DNA from: a virus
Taxonomy: Duplodnaviria > Caudoviricetes
DNA length: 64,000 nt
Virus record (IMG/VR): IMGVR_UViG_3300037634_002636
Span: 1-64,000 of that record
Direction: 5' to 3' (one strand)
Both the position numbers and the translations under genes were made by a program. Each line of letters begins with the position of its first letter. Positions within the stretch are counted from its first letter, which is position 1. The notes beneath the pieces were generated by a model. The model made no database searches, had not been told where the DNA came from, and saw nothing but the letters and a program-made list of their open reading frames with translations. Below are positions 18,697-29,396 of the stretch, piece by piece.

Positions 18697-21600
18697 TTAT
18701 TCTATTTTTGAAGGAGGTTGTACAACTTGAAAGTGTTCGTCAATCATTTCCATAATCTTTTGATTTGAAAAATTAGGATGTTTTACCTTAAGTGATTCTC
18801 CATACTTTAATTTATCTATCATTATCGCTGCTTGCTGCCATCCTTTATCTGAACTTAGTTTTTGCAATTGATCTATTATTTTGTTTTTATATTTATTTGA
18901 TTTAGAGAAAAAATCAGATGTTATATTTACATTACCATACTTATTTACAACGTCAGTAGTTCTACTTTGCATAAACTTCCAATCGTCTTCAGATTTATTC
19001 TCTGTAGTCATAGTCGGACCACTTTTCTCAAATATGTATCCTTCTGGATTAGAACTCGTATATTCACCTCTTTCCTCTAAAGCTTTCTTAAACTTATAAC
19101 TATTAATATTAACTTGAGCTGAATGAGAAATTGCAAAATTAGAATATGTTCTAAAAGCTTCTTGACTCCACTCTAAAGGAGTCTTTCCTCCCTGTGCTAT
19201 CCTGTCATAATTAGGATTATTATGCATTTGTATTGCTATATAATCTGCAGGCACTCCATCAAACGTATCGTCCTCTAAATTATATCTTTTATCCTGTCTT
19301 AGTTTATGCTTATTATGTAAATAAAATAATATAGCTGCATCAATAGAATTAGCCATACCACGGTCACCAGGAATACCAGTTAGCAGATTATCTCCAGAAC
19401 CTAAACTATGTATCCAATTACCGTCCTCATCTTCTTGAATTAATCCCATCTTTGCATACCATATTCCTAATTGATTTAATTTACCTTTATTTTCTTCTCC
19501 ATCTGGCATTCCGTCCGCATCAAAAATTTGATAAGGAACTTTTATACGCATAATTCCTTCACTAGGAGGTGATAAAGCATTAGACATATATGACCCCTCA
19601 TTTAAATTTGTTGCAGACCATGCACCACGAAGCAATCTTAAACTCAGGGGGGCAAAAGGGTGTTCCTGGGTTTCGGTAACAAATTTATTTTCATCAAAAG
19701 TAATATCAAGATTTTTAAAAGCTGCTATTTGTGCATTAGTCTCAGGGGAAAAATGCTCCTTCATCCAAGTTTTAATTAATCCTTCTTGAACATTACTTAT
19801 TATACCAATATCTCCAGTCTCTCTCATAAAAGTTCCATATACCATAGATGCAGCATGAGCGACTTCCTTTTCATTAAACATAGTAACGTTAGAGATTCTT
19901 GTAATAGGAGAATTTCTTTGGACGATAGCTAAATCAGCTTGATCACTAATTATAGATGTAATATTATCTTGAGTTATATACTCGTCTCCGCCCTCACGAG
20001 AATAAATCTTTCCATTTTTTGTATACTGTGAAAGCTGTGCCCCATAACCGTAAGATATTGTATTATACGCTTTTTCCTCCTCTTGGAGTTTATCCCGCCC
20101 ATACTTGCTATAATACACTTCCTGTATAGTTTCCTCATTAAGTAGATAGGTATCGGGCATTCTATTACTATAAACACCGCCATATATATCGGACTCAAAA
20201 CTTATATATCCATTTATATATTGCTCAAAAAAGTTTGTTGTCTTTAATTCTTCTTCTGATAGTGTGTTTTGATAATCTTCATTGAACGAAATTTGGTTTA
20301 AAATATATTTATTCTCTTTTTCTGCAAAAGGAGCTAAAGCGCTATAATTAGGTATAGCGTTTGGATTATTTACTAACCCAGCAGGCCTAGTTACTCCTTG
20401 TATAACATACTCCTGAGTTCTATCTATCTCTGTACCGTTAACGTAAGCACGCGCATCGTTACTTCCATGCCAATCTATTTTATCTAATCTTTCCACAAAC
20501 ATATCTCCACCCACACCGTGCATAACTAAAGGTATACCTGTTGATGAATCTCTACCAATTATAAGTCCTGAATGTCCTACACTAGTATTATAAGATGTGC
20601 TATATCCTTTGGCTTCTCCCGCCTTTCTTTTTTCCTTACTAAAGTTCCCCATATCTCTAAATCCAGCAGCTTGTAGATGTACGACATCTCCTACCATAAA
20701 ATCTTTCCACACTTCCATAGGAGGAAAATTTATATTTCCTGATTCAATATTACCCTCGTCATCATAAGTTCCTCTAGCTTTTTGAGACCATATACTTTGA
20801 CCTCCATTATCTAGCATGTACCCTTCCCTAAACCAACTATCAGCAGCTCCTGCATCTTTTCTGGAATTTATTATCCCGTCATAGCCATATAACATCATTA
20901 TCATATCAGTAACTTGCGCTCCACATGTTTCACTAGTACAACCAACTTCATCTAGTTTCCAATCTGTATTCCATACAGGTAAATGAGTTAAATTTTCTTC
21001 TCCATTCTTATGTAAAGCTTCTTTTGTTTGTGTGTTCATACTACCGCTTAATTCTATGTCATATCCGTTTGCTATAAGTGACTGTTGTAATGAAATATAA
21101 GAATCACTTCTATCAATAAGTTCTGTCCTCTCGTGGCCTTTAGATTGAGAAACGTATCTGTCTCCTTGTGAATTTAAATAGTCCGCCCATTCAAACTCCT
21201 CACCCTCTGAGTTATAATGTGAATGCTCAGCTATATAACCTATATCTCCTGGATTACCTATACCACCTTCATGCATTTTTATTTTCTCAGTTCTATTCCA
21301 ATATCCAGAATCTTTCTCCCATTGTTCTAACGCTTTTTTAGTTTCAGGTCCCCATATTTGATCAACATTTCCTAATTTTGTAGTAGATTTAGGTAATTTA
21401 TATCCTTTTCCTTTTAAAGCTTCTTGTAAAATCCCAATTGATCTTTGTTTATCATTACCATTAACTAATCGCCAAGAATTCCGTAGAACCTCATCATAGT
21501 TATTACTATGTAGTAAGTCTTCATATTTCCTATATAATAAATAATATGCAGATTTATCTCTACCAGATATATCCATTGTTGGAAATTTTAATTTAATAGC

Positions 21601-23295
21601 ATCTAAAACTTTAGTTGGACTATCTACTAACCCTAAAACTTTACAAACTTTTTTACCATTTAAATCTAAAGCAAACCCATCTGCTGTAACATCAGCGCAA
21701 TTATTAGTTAAGAAATTATAAGCTTCAACACCTTCAATATCTTCTGTTTGTATTGCTTCATAAAAACCTGCCCAATCTTTAATTTTTTTACCTTTTGTAG
21801 TTTTATAAATTGTTCCTCCAAGAACTCCTTGATCTTTTAATTCTTTAGCAGTTAAACTCTGAAGTTTAAGATGAGTTTTTAAATATTGTTGTTGATCAAC
21901 ATTAAAAACCATTGTTTGAGTTCCTTTTTGTGTGTAGTTACCTCTTGCTGTTTTACTAAAAGTTGGAGATGTTCCACTCTTTTTAAAAGAAGCCCAATCT
22001 ATAAAAAGCGTAGGATTTTTTATATTATAAGACGCTATATGAGAGGGTGGGTATCTAGAATCTTCACCCCAATCATATTTATTCACTGCTATTGTTTCCT
22101 CATTAGTTCTATGTATAATATTTCCTTTACCGTCATTTACACCGTATGTTTTTAGCTCTTGTTCTGGTGTACCAGCATAATCTACGTTTTTATGTTGGCC
22201 CTTCCAAGTAAATTGATAATCTTTTTTATCAGTATGAACAGCCCATTTCTTTGCAGCGTTATATGCCTCATCCCAAGTTTCTATATGACTCCAATCATCT
22301 AATCCATGTTCTTGCCAATTATCCCATGGAAGTTTATTAAATACATTATTAGAATATTGATTTTTATCTGTCTCTGGGTGTAGCCCACCATGACTCATTT
22401 TTATAGGCCCATTATTTTTAGTTTGATATTGAGCCGACTCTGCAGGAGCTTGTAAAGGTTTATATTTTTCATCCGTTAAAAATCTTATAATAGCACGTGA
22501 ATTAGGTTCAACAGTATGTGTCGATGTATGAAAATTAGAAATGTCTTTAAAAGTGTGAGGAGTTTTATTTATAAGTAAAGACTTAATACTAGGTTTAAAA
22601 TCTTCTTTTAAATAAGAATCATCTGGTTTATTTTGTGATTCATCTATTCCACCTCCATCTCCATATTTAAATCCACCATCTCTCCAACCAATTTTACCAG
22701 CAAGCCATTTACCTCCAGGTAACTTAGGTAATCCCCATTGACCTAGGGCTTTTCCTGGCCCTCCCCATAGACTTCCTGTTACTGTATTTTTTAACTGTTG
22801 TTTAGCTATGTCTCCAAAAAACTGTTTACCTGCTCCCCACATACCTCCTTTAGCATCCGCTGCATTATATCTATCCAGTGCTGTAGTAATATCACCAGTT
22901 CCTAACATATTACTACTACCGTATTGCAATATAGGCATTCCTATATTATCCAAAATAAAATCTCCTGCATTTTGCATCCACCCAGGTTGCCCTCCAGAAT
23001 AAGTTCCTCCACTACTACCTCCACTACTACCTCCACCAGTAGAAGTATTAGGATCTCCAGTTTGCGGATCAGGTGGATCATTTGGATCATTTGGATTAAA
23101 TGGATCATTTGGATCATTTTCTCCTCCAGCTCCATATTTTCTCACTCCACCTTCTTTATATGTTTTTATATCGTCTTCCCCGTCAAATATCTTATCCTTT
23201 TCCGCTTGTTTAAATAGATCTGTATAATCTCCTTGATAGTCTTCCGCTTTAGCAATTCGTATTATTTTAGATTTCTGACTATTATTTAGACCCAT
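18697..23295 (-). CDS. Large internal virion (cargo) protein with peptidoglycan-binding and putative murein hydrolase domains
   Basis: PG-binding-like LQEALKGKGY..DQIWGPETKKALEQW and LQQSLIANGY..TQTKEAL; permuted papain-like SHI..YNFLTNNCA; NlpC/P60-like CGAQV..GHSGLIIG..VMHG. Confidence 0.65.
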   Translation of the reverse strand: MGLNNSQKSKIIRIAKAEDYQGDYTDLFKQAEKDKIFDGEDDIKTYKEGGVRKYGAGGENDPNDPFNPNDPNDPPDPQTGDPNTSTGGGSSGGSSGGTYSGGQPGWMQNAGDFILDNIGMPILQYGSSNMLGTGDITTALDRYNAADAKGGMWGAGKQFFGDIAKQQLKNTVTGSLWGGPGKALGQWGLPKLPGGKWLAGKIGWRDGGFKYGDGGGIDESQNKPDDSYLKEDFKPSIKSLLINKTPHTFKDISNFHTSTHTVEPNSRAIIRFLTDEKYKPLQAPAESAQYQTKNNGPIKMSHGGLHPETDKNQYSNNVFNKLPWDNWQEHGLDDWSHIETWDEAYNAAKKWAVHTDKKDYQFTWKGQHKNVDYAGTPEQELKTYGVNDGKGNIIHRTNEETIAVNKYDWGEDSRYPPSHIASYNIKNPTLFIDWASFKKSGTSPTFSKTARGNYTQKGTQTMVFNVDQQQYLKTHLKLQSLTAKELKDQGVLGGTIYKTTKGKKIKDWAGFYEAIQTEDIEGVEAYNFLTNNCADVTADGFALDLNGKKVCKVLGLVDSPTKVLDAIKLKFPTMDISGRDKSAYYLLYRKYEDLLHSNNYDEVLRNSWRLVNGNDKQRSIGILQEALKGKGYKLPKSTTKLGNVDQIWGPETKKALEQWEKDSGYWNRTEKIKMHEGGIGNPGDIGYIAEHSHYNSEGEEFEWADYLNSQGDRYVSQSKGHERTELIDRSDSYISLQQSLIANGYDIELSGSMNTQTKEALHKNGEENLTHLPVWNTDWKLDEVGCTSETCGAQVTDMIMMLYGYDGIINSRKDAGAADSWFREGYMLDNGGQSIWSQKARGTYDDEGNIESGNINFPPMEVWKDFMVGDVVHLQAAGFRDMGNFSKEKRKAGEAKGYSTSYNTSVGHSGLIIGRDSSTGIPLVMHGVGGDMFVERLDKIDWHGSNDARAYVNGTEIDRTQEYVIQGVTRPAGLVNNPNAIPNYSALAPFAEKENKYILNQISFNEDYQNTLSEEELKTTNFFEQYINGYISFESDIYGGVYSNRMPDTYLLNEETIQEVYYSKYGRDKLQEEEKAYNTISYGYGAQLSQYTKNGKIYSREGGDEYITQDNITSIISDQADLAIVQRNSPITRISNVTMFNEKEVAHAASMVYGTFMRETGDIGIISNVQEGLIKTWMKEHFSPETNAQIAAFKNLDITFDENKFVTETQEHPFAPLSLRLLRGAWSATNLNEGSYMSNALSPPSEGIMRIKVPYQIFDADGMPDGEENKGKLNQLGIWYAKMGLIQEDEDGNWIHSLGSGDNLLTGIPGDRGMANSIDAAILFYLHNKHKLRQDKRYNLEDDTFDGVPADYIAIQMHNNPNYDRIAQGGKTPLEWSQEAFRTYSNFAISHSAQVNINSYKFKKALEERGEYTSSNPEGYIFEKSGPTMTTENKSEDDWKFMQSRTTDVVNKYGNVNITSDFFSKSNKYKNKIIDQLQKLSSDKGWQQAAIMIDKLKYGESLKVKHPNFSNQKIMEMIDEHFQVVQPPSKIE
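23020..23120 (-). repeat. Low-complexity coding repeats (NDP)n and (GGSS)n
   Basis: 9-nt GGATCATTT units and CCTCCACTACTA units on the + strand. Confidence 0.8.
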
Positions 23296-25615
23296 TATTT
23301 TTCTTTACTTTTACCATTGCCTTAATCTTTTTATCTTCAACTTTATTTTTAGCATTAGCTATTGTTAGATCTGTTTGATTGTCCTCTTTATTCATTTGAA
23401 CGTTTGCTTTAATTTTTTCTCTATCAACTTTAATATTTTCTTTATCTACTTGTTGTTTACGCTGTATTTCTGCAGCCTCTAAAGCAATCTTCATTTGTTG
23501 TTCTTGGTCATTAGCTTGAGCATTAATTATAGCCACTTCGATTTGAGTCATTCTATCTTTCTCTCTTTGATCTGAATCATATTGCATTTTTTGTTGTGCT
23601 ATCTCATTTTGCTGTTGAGCTATTTGGTTTTGAGCTTCTTGTTGAGCTTGTTCTAATTTTTGTCTCATAGCTTCAGCCTTACCAATTTTATCTTTGATTT
23701 TTGTAAAACTATCACTATCTATAGCTTCTGCAACAATAGACGCAGGCACTCCATTCTGAATCATAGCTTGTGCTAACATTTCTACTTTCTGTTTCTTTTC
23801 AATATCTGCTCCAGCATCTGTTATAAAGATACCATACTCTGATTCCATATGTTGTATTGGATCAACAGTTAAAAATTCTACAGCACCATCAGGTTGTATA
23901 AAAGAAGTTTTCTTCCCATCTACCCATGCTATCTTTGAATAATCTAACATAGCTTGTAAATCACTAGCTTCAAGCATAGATATTTTTCTAAAGTAATCTT
24001 CAGTAATATGAGATGATTGCATTATAGCTTGTTGTGATGTTCCTTTACCTTCATACTGACCAATAGCACCTTGTCTTTGTCTATTAACTCCTGATAATCT
24101 TTCCCACTCTCCTAATATAGAATCTAATAAAACAACATATTGCTCTATAGTTCTAATAGATAAATCCATAACAGTTTGATGTTGCGGATTCAATTGCATT
24201 CCTTCTTTATTATAATCTACCCATGCAATACCAGTGGCATCAATATAATACATAAACTTATCCATATCCCATTTTTTAGGAATCATATTAATATCAAACT
24301 GAGCAATAATATCTTTAGATTTAGCAATAGCTACTTCTAATCTATATTTATATATATTATAATTTATCTGATATGGTAGTCCTAATTTAACTAATGATAT
24401 ATTATCTGAATTAATCTCTGAATATTTAATTCCATTAACAGGTAATTTACATACAGATGGATTATCCATAGACCTTCTTTGATTTCTTAACTTTCCTATT
24501 TTACAAAATATTTTTTCTCCAATTTTTGTCCCTTCCCACACTTCTGGTATCCATCCCCAATCTAATACTGCGCCTTGTTGTTTTAATGCGGACGGTAATT
24601 TATAACCGTCTGGAACTTCTATTGTTTCTATATCACCTGTATTTGGGTCAGGATAAGATAAAAAACCTACTCTAGAAATACTTTTCCAGTATACTGTTAC
24701 ACATTCAATAAGTCTTGACCTTCCTCCCCTTACTCTATCATTAGATGGATTAACAGAATGTATTAAGAATGAGCCGTCATCAAATACTTCTGGAGATTCT
24801 AATTGATCAATTTGAGCATCCGTTAAATTCTCTCTATATGTATCTACTATAGTACTTACATGCGCATCTTTTCTGATTAAAGCCCAGTCTCCATCTTCTA
24901 TTAACTCTACATCTGGATCTTTATCATAATCTACGTCCAAAGGATTAATAATATCATAAAATGGTTCTTTATTTCTTACCCCTCTATGACTATAAGCTTC
25001 TCCTGACACTAAGAAGTGAAACCATAACTTTTGAAATTTATCATATATATTCTCTTTATACATCAAATAACTAATACTATTCTGTCCTATGATTGCTCTT
25101 TGATCTACATAACTTGCATTAAACATGTCAACTACATGTTGAGGCATCTCTGTCTCTTGTGAAGGGCTTCCTGTTTGTTGCCCCATTTGATTAAGTTGAT
25201 TAACAAATCGTTGTTGCATAATTTGCATTACTTTTTGTTTTCTTATTTCTTCTTTTTGGGAAATGGTATCCGCATTAGCAACAGCTACCGTATAATTAAG
25301 AGGTCTTTTAGATTTTTCTCCTAATAATAGATCTACGACAGGTTTGATAATAGGATAATTTCTGATCTTGGAAGGGAAGTTACGTCTTGCTTTACCATAT
25401 GGTTTTAAAACGTAATGATAATCATCCTCTAATATATGACCATTATAAAAGTCATATAATTGTTGAATGTCGCCTCTGCGGGAACCAAATCCACCAATAT
25501 CTGATAAACTAATATAAGCCTCTATACATTCTTCTCCCCATTTCTGTGTTTTTTTAGAGGTTGGTATTTTTTGTTTTGGTATACTATGATGTGTCTGTGT
25601 AAAGTCTATTGCCAT
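23282..25615 (-). CDS. Portal protein
   Basis: 777 aa adjacent to TerL; YPIIKPVVDLLLGE, EVWEGTKIG and LSGVNRQRQG motifs; Q-rich coiled C-terminus (P22-like portal). Confidence 0.88.
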   Translation of the reverse strand: MAIDFTQTHHSIPKQKIPTSKKTQKWGEECIEAYISLSDIGGFGSRRGDIQQLYDFYNGHILEDDYHYVLKPYGKARRNFPSKIRNYPIIKPVVDLLLGEKSKRPLNYTVAVANADTISQKEEIRKQKVMQIMQQRFVNQLNQMGQQTGSPSQETEMPQHVVDMFNASYVDQRAIIGQNSISYLMYKENIYDKFQKLWFHFLVSGEAYSHRGVRNKEPFYDIINPLDVDYDKDPDVELIEDGDWALIRKDAHVSTIVDTYRENLTDAQIDQLESPEVFDDGSFLIHSVNPSNDRVRGGRSRLIECVTVYWKSISRVGFLSYPDPNTGDIETIEVPDGYKLPSALKQQGAVLDWGWIPEVWEGTKIGEKIFCKIGKLRNQRRSMDNPSVCKLPVNGIKYSEINSDNISLVKLGLPYQINYNIYKYRLEVAIAKSKDIIAQFDINMIPKKWDMDKFMYYIDATGIAWVDYNKEGMQLNPQHQTVMDLSIRTIEQYVVLLDSILGEWERLSGVNRQRQGAIGQYEGKGTSQQAIMQSSHITEDYFRKISMLEASDLQAMLDYSKIAWVDGKKTSFIQPDGAVEFLTVDPIQHMESEYGIFITDAGADIEKKQKVEMLAQAMIQNGVPASIVAEAIDSDSFTKIKDKIGKAEAMRQKLEQAQQEAQNQIAQQQNEIAQQKMQYDSDQREKDRMTQIEVAIINAQANDQEQQMKIALEAAEIQRKQQVDKENIKVDREKIKANVQMNKEDNQTDLTIANAKNKVEDKKIKAMVKVKKNNGSK

Positions 25616-25617
25616 AA

Positions 25618-27588
25618 TTAAAATATTTGTCTATCAAAAAATTCATCAAGAGCTCTATCTTGATATAAATCTGTTACCTCAGCATTATATAATTCTCTAG
25701 TATGATACATACCGATCATTAACGCCATAACTCTATCAAAGTTTCCTTTATGATTGAATTTAGTTAATTCTTGTATTAATGCTGGGTCATAGATCTTTTG
25801 CAAATTTAGTAATTTTTTTCCATCTACGTCTACTCCTCTCAATGAATTTAACCAATCCCTTATATATATCTCACCTTGTTGTTTCCTTGCTTCTGTCATA
25901 TGCATACCATATGTCCTTCTAACACGTCTAGACTGCAATTCTTTCTTGTCTAACATTTCAAATTCTGGTTGCAATTTATGCAACTTTCTATATCTTTTTG
26001 CGTAAGCTATTATCTCTCCACGATCATTCTCAAATCCTATCTTAGCGTTATAATAATCTGCTAACATAAAAAGATTACGATTATAATCATCTTGAGTTGC
26101 AGGTCTACCTACATAAGATGCTACAATTATATCATCTGGCTGTGATAAATTATTAGGCCTCTTTAATACATATGCAGCACCTAATGATGATGAGTCAGCT
26201 GATTGATTCTGTCCGTAAGGGTCATGACATATTACATATAAATTATGCGGTGTAATATTTTCCTTATTTCTATAAGGTGATTCATATATAACTACACATC
26301 CAGTATTATTATCATCTTTCCTATGTGGAAATTTTAAAACAGGTCTTAAATCATAATCAGGTTTAAATTCTACTTGTTCTTTTTTATAATATAAGCTACC
26401 TGGAGTACCTTTAGTATGTAAGTTATTGGCTTTCAGGTTATTATAATGTTCTTGTAAAGATGCTACATCAAATAAATTAGATGTAATTTGTAAAGTAGCT
26501 TCTTGAGGGGAGAATGGGTGTTCTGCGATGTATTGATCTAATGATTTTGCATCTGCAGCACCTTTCTTCTTTTCCCTCATTTCTATTTCATATTCTATTG
26601 CTTCTTCCGCTTGTGAGTTACCATTACCATCTATAAACCCATCTAAATTCTTTTGTATTGGAATAAAATATCCGCATCTTGTTCCTAAAGCTCCAGCATC
26701 CCATTCATTTTCATAATCCATACAATCATATGCAGCTGGATTATAAAATATTTCTTCCATAGCTTCAAAATCAGCACCTTCTGTACCACCTGTACCAAAC
26801 GCTATCATCATACCTAATGTCTTTGCCCCTTGTCTCATAGTAGGCATTGTTACCTCCCATGCTTTTAATAATCCTGGAAAAGATCCTGCCTCTTCAAAGA
26901 AAACTAATTCACCTGCCTTTCCCCTTACTTTGTCTGGAGCATCCTTTAAAGATACCCCCATTATCTGAGATTTCATACCCATTTCTATTTCAATACCATT
27001 AACTTTCTTTTTATATCCAGACATTTTACTCATTTCTCTGTCCCTTAATCTAGGTTGAGCCCATGCTGTATTATCATCTATAAATGATAAAAACTCCCAC
27101 GCTTTAGATAAAAGTCCATCTCCAATTAAATATTCTTTTTGTCCTGCAAACACAAAGTTTTTTGAATTTTTAACAAAGAAATAATTACGAGCTAACATAG
27201 ATCCTGCTTTATAAGAGTATCCTTTACGCCTAGCTTTAAGCACAATCATATGCCTATTCTCTGATCTAGCTTTATCTATTTCTTGAAAGTATTCCCAATC
27301 TCCATCATAAAAAGCAGGAAAGGTTCTTTCACGTTTAGATTGAATTGTACCATCTGGTAATACCTCATCTACCGCTCTATCAATAGGACAATAATTTAAA
27401 TAAAAGTAATGAAATCCTGTAACATATAATTCATCTATTTCGTATCCATACATACACCTTTTAGCTTCTTCATCCCAAAAATCATAATAATTTTTAGTAT
27501 TAGGTAAAGCATCTGTATAATAACCATGTTCTTCAAAGAATTTGGCCGCAGGCCTTATCCTATCTATGTTTTTGAACTTTTCTGACAT
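25618..27588 (-). CDS. terL: Terminase large subunit
   Basis: Walker A KARRKGYS, Walker B LVFFEEAG, coupling motif FGTGG, RNase H-like ICHDPY and FDRVMAL. Confidence 0.92.
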   Translation of the reverse strand: MSEKFKNIDRIRPAAKFFEEHGYYTDALPNTKNYYDFWDEEAKRCMYGYEIDELYVTGFHYFYLNYCPIDRAVDEVLPDGTIQSKRERTFPAFYDGDWEYFQEIDKARSENRHMIVLKARRKGYSYKAGSMLARNYFFVKNSKNFVFAGQKEYLIGDGLLSKAWEFLSFIDDNTAWAQPRLRDREMSKMSGYKKKVNGIEIEMGMKSQIMGVSLKDAPDKVRGKAGELVFFEEAGSFPGLLKAWEVTMPTMRQGAKTLGMMIAFGTGGTEGADFEAMEEIFYNPAAYDCMDYENEWDAGALGTRCGYFIPIQKNLDGFIDGNGNSQAEEAIEYEIEMREKKKGAADAKSLDQYIAEHPFSPQEATLQITSNLFDVASLQEHYNNLKANNLHTKGTPGSLYYKKEQVEFKPDYDLRPVLKFPHRKDDNNTGCVVIYESPYRNKENITPHNLYVICHDPYGQNQSADSSSLGAAYVLKRPNNLSQPDDIIVASYVGRPATQDDYNRNLFMLADYYNAKIGFENDRGEIIAYAKRYRKLHKLQPEFEMLDKKELQSRRVRRTYGMHMTEARKQQGEIYIRDWLNSLRGVDVDGKKLLNLQKIYDPALIQELTKFNHKGNFDRVMALMIGMYHTRELYNAEVTDLYQDRALDEFFDRQIF

Positions 27589-27863
27589 TTTTCTTTAATC
27601 TTTACTAGTTCTGAGCACTTTTCATATTCTTCAGTTGATGTAAAATACTCTATAAGAATATCAATCATATCAGGTGTTCTACCATCTTCTTCCATTGGAT
27701 TAAATGGTAAAGGAAAAGTAATTTTATTCCCATCCTCTAACTCATAATAAATATCATCTAAAGTTCTTTTTCTAGTTATTAGATGATATGCATTATTCAT
27801 TGCAGTACCGTAAAGTTCTAAATCTTCTTCATATTCTTTATGTTTTTCTTGCCATTCTTCCAT
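27564..27863 (-). CDS. Hypothetical protein with UvrB/UvrC-type coiled motif
   Basis: C-terminal LIEYFTSTEEYEKCSELVKIK. Confidence 0.6.
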   Translation of the reverse strand: MEEWQEKHKEYEEDLELYGTAMNNAYHLITRKRTLDDIYYELEDGNKITFPLPFNPMEEDGRTPDMIDILIEYFTSTEEYEKCSELVKIKEKCQKSSKT

Positions 27864-28378
27864 TACATACTATATTTATTTACTTCTACTCCACCTCTAT
27901 TACTATTAGCAGCTTGTTCTTCTTTTCTAACTATATCCTCTAATCTACTTAATCCATCAACTACTTTACCCATCTTTTCTAGATTATTTATTAAATCTTT
28001 AGCATGAAATATAGGTTTACCATTATCATCCATTAAAGTTAAATCTATATCTCTAAAATATTTTTCTAGTTTTATAATAGATTCTCTAGCAGCCTTTAAT
28101 AACTTAACTGCTGAGGTTTCAGTTAGCTCTGCATACTTTTCACAAGCTGCTTTAACCTTAGATGTTTCTTTCCATTTCTTGGCAAATATACTATTTTTTA
28201 CCTCATCTTTACGTTGAATCCACTCATAAACTGCATATGGAGATCTATAATCTATCATAAAGTATACATATGCTAGAGACCTAGCATCCAAATCTTTGAA
28301 TTCTAATACAGTCTTAGCATACGCAGATGGTATAGCTTTGTTATCAACTATTGTTAATAGATCCTTTGTTAGCTTCAT
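27863..28378 (-). CDS. Conserved crAss-like protein upstream of TerL (possible small terminase)
   Basis: Position upstream of TerL; LAYVYFMIDYRSPY and C-terminal RGG. Confidence 0.5.
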   Translation of the reverse strand: MKLTKDLLTIVDNKAIPSAYAKTVLEFKDLDARSLAYVYFMIDYRSPYAVYEWIQRKDEVKNSIFAKKWKETSKVKAACEKYAELTETSAVKLLKAARESIIKLEKYFRDIDLTLMDDNGKPIFHAKDLINNLEKMGKVVDGLSRLEDIVRKEEQAANSNRGGVEVNKYSM

Positions 28379-28583
28379 TTTTTAACTTAGTTATATAATT
28401 AACTCTATTCTTATTAACTGAGAACTTACCAAAATATGGTAATCTTATTGTTTCAAATTTTCCTTTCGCCATTATATCAGTAACGAATTTAAATTGATAT
28501 GTTACAACTCTTTCAATAATATCAATAGAAAGTTCATACTTATTAGCTAAAGAGTATATTATATCTTTTTTATTCTTTAGCAC
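28344..28583 (-). CDS. HU/IHF-like DNA-binding protein
   Basis: KKDIIYSLA... and IRLPYFGKFSV (HU/IHF FGxF motif); crAss-like capsid modules are known to carry IHF genes. Confidence 0.75.
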   Translation of the reverse strand: MLKNKKDIIYSLANKYELSIDIIERVVTYQFKFVTDIMAKGKFETIRLPYFGKFSVNKNRVNYITKLKNEANKGSINNS

Positions 28584-28944
28584 GCTCCTCTACACTCCTT
28601 AAACTAGCTTGGTGTTTTTTATAAATTTCTATTTCTGCTTTATATTCCTTATCTTCTAATTTAGCTCTTAAAGATTTCTCATCTGCATTCATCGTTAACT
28701 TATTCCATTTAGGTGGATCATCAGGACATTTTGATGTCTGCCATTTAGCTTTTACTGGCATATGACACCCACATAAATTACATGAACTATTTTGTTTGTA
28801 GTGCTCACATTCTATACACAAAGACATTCTTTCTTCATATTGTTCTTCTGTGCATATCGGAGCCCCTTCTTTTAAAAACTGTACAGACTCTTCAGCAAAG
28901 GTCTTAAGCATTTTAAGGAAAGATCGTGTTTCTGTCTTCTTCAT
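28570..28944 (-). CDS. Cys-rich metal-binding protein (DUF6171-like)
   Basis: RMSLCIECEH..CNLCGCHMPVKA..CP..KW. Confidence 0.6.
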   Translation of the reverse strand: MKKTETRSFLKMLKTFAEESVQFLKEGAPICTEEQYEERMSLCIECEHYKQNSSCNLCGCHMPVKAKWQTSKCPDDPPKWNKLTMNADEKSLRAKLEDKEYKAEIEIYKKHQASLRSVEERAKE

Positions 28945-29041
28945 ATTTTGTATTTTGCATATCTATACGCACACATGTTCCATCATAAGATTGATAAATC
29001 GTAAAATATATATCTTCATTATAAGGATATATAAAAATCAT
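28913..29041 (-). CDS. Small hypothetical protein, 42 aa (below ORF-track cutoff)
   Basis: MIFIYPYNEDIYFTIYQSYDGTCVRIDMQNTKYEEDRNTIFP fills the gap between neighbouring genes. Confidence 0.4.
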   Translation of the reverse strand: MIFIYPYNEDIYFTIYQSYDGTCVRIDMQNTKYEEDRNTIFP

Positions 29042-29048
29042 AAATAGA

Positions 29049-29396
29049 TCAGTTGCGTCTGATATTAATTTCAACTTTATTTGTTTTAATGTCTAATATA
29101 GAGTTAATTCTATACTTTTTATTCTCATATAATATAGCTCCCTTATCCTTTAATCTCTTAACATAGTTATTTAATGTTCTATAATCATCTACTTTAAGTA
29201 GTTTAGCTACTCTTTTTTTATTAGATGCACTACATAAATTAATATCTGTATCTAAAGATGTGTCTAATAAAGAGGATAATACCTCTAATTCCATCATAGT
29301 TAAGTCAAAAATGCCATTCCAGATTTGAAGAGCCTTTATTGTATTATTTGCGGTTATCGTTAATTTTTTCATTAAATTCAATTTTTGCTTTTCCAT
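29049..29396 (-). CDS. Winged-helix DNA-binding protein (RepL-like)
   Basis: LTMMELEVL...KRVAKLL...TLNNYVKRLKDKGAI wHTH pattern. Confidence 0.55.
   Translation of the reverse strand: MEKQKLNLMKKLTITANNTIKALQIWNGIFDLTMMELEVLSSLLDTSLDTDINLCSASNKKRVAKLLKVDDYRTLNNYVKRLKDKGAILYENKKYRINSILDIKTNKVEINIRRN

Noticed and set aside
4521-23217. Short opposite-strand or alternate-frame ORFs nested in late genes (e.g. 4521, 8690, 9608, 13838, 14347, 15513, 18308, 18384, 21886, 22808, 22924)
   Set aside because: Overlap well-supported genes and have the biased S/I/F composition of antisense frames
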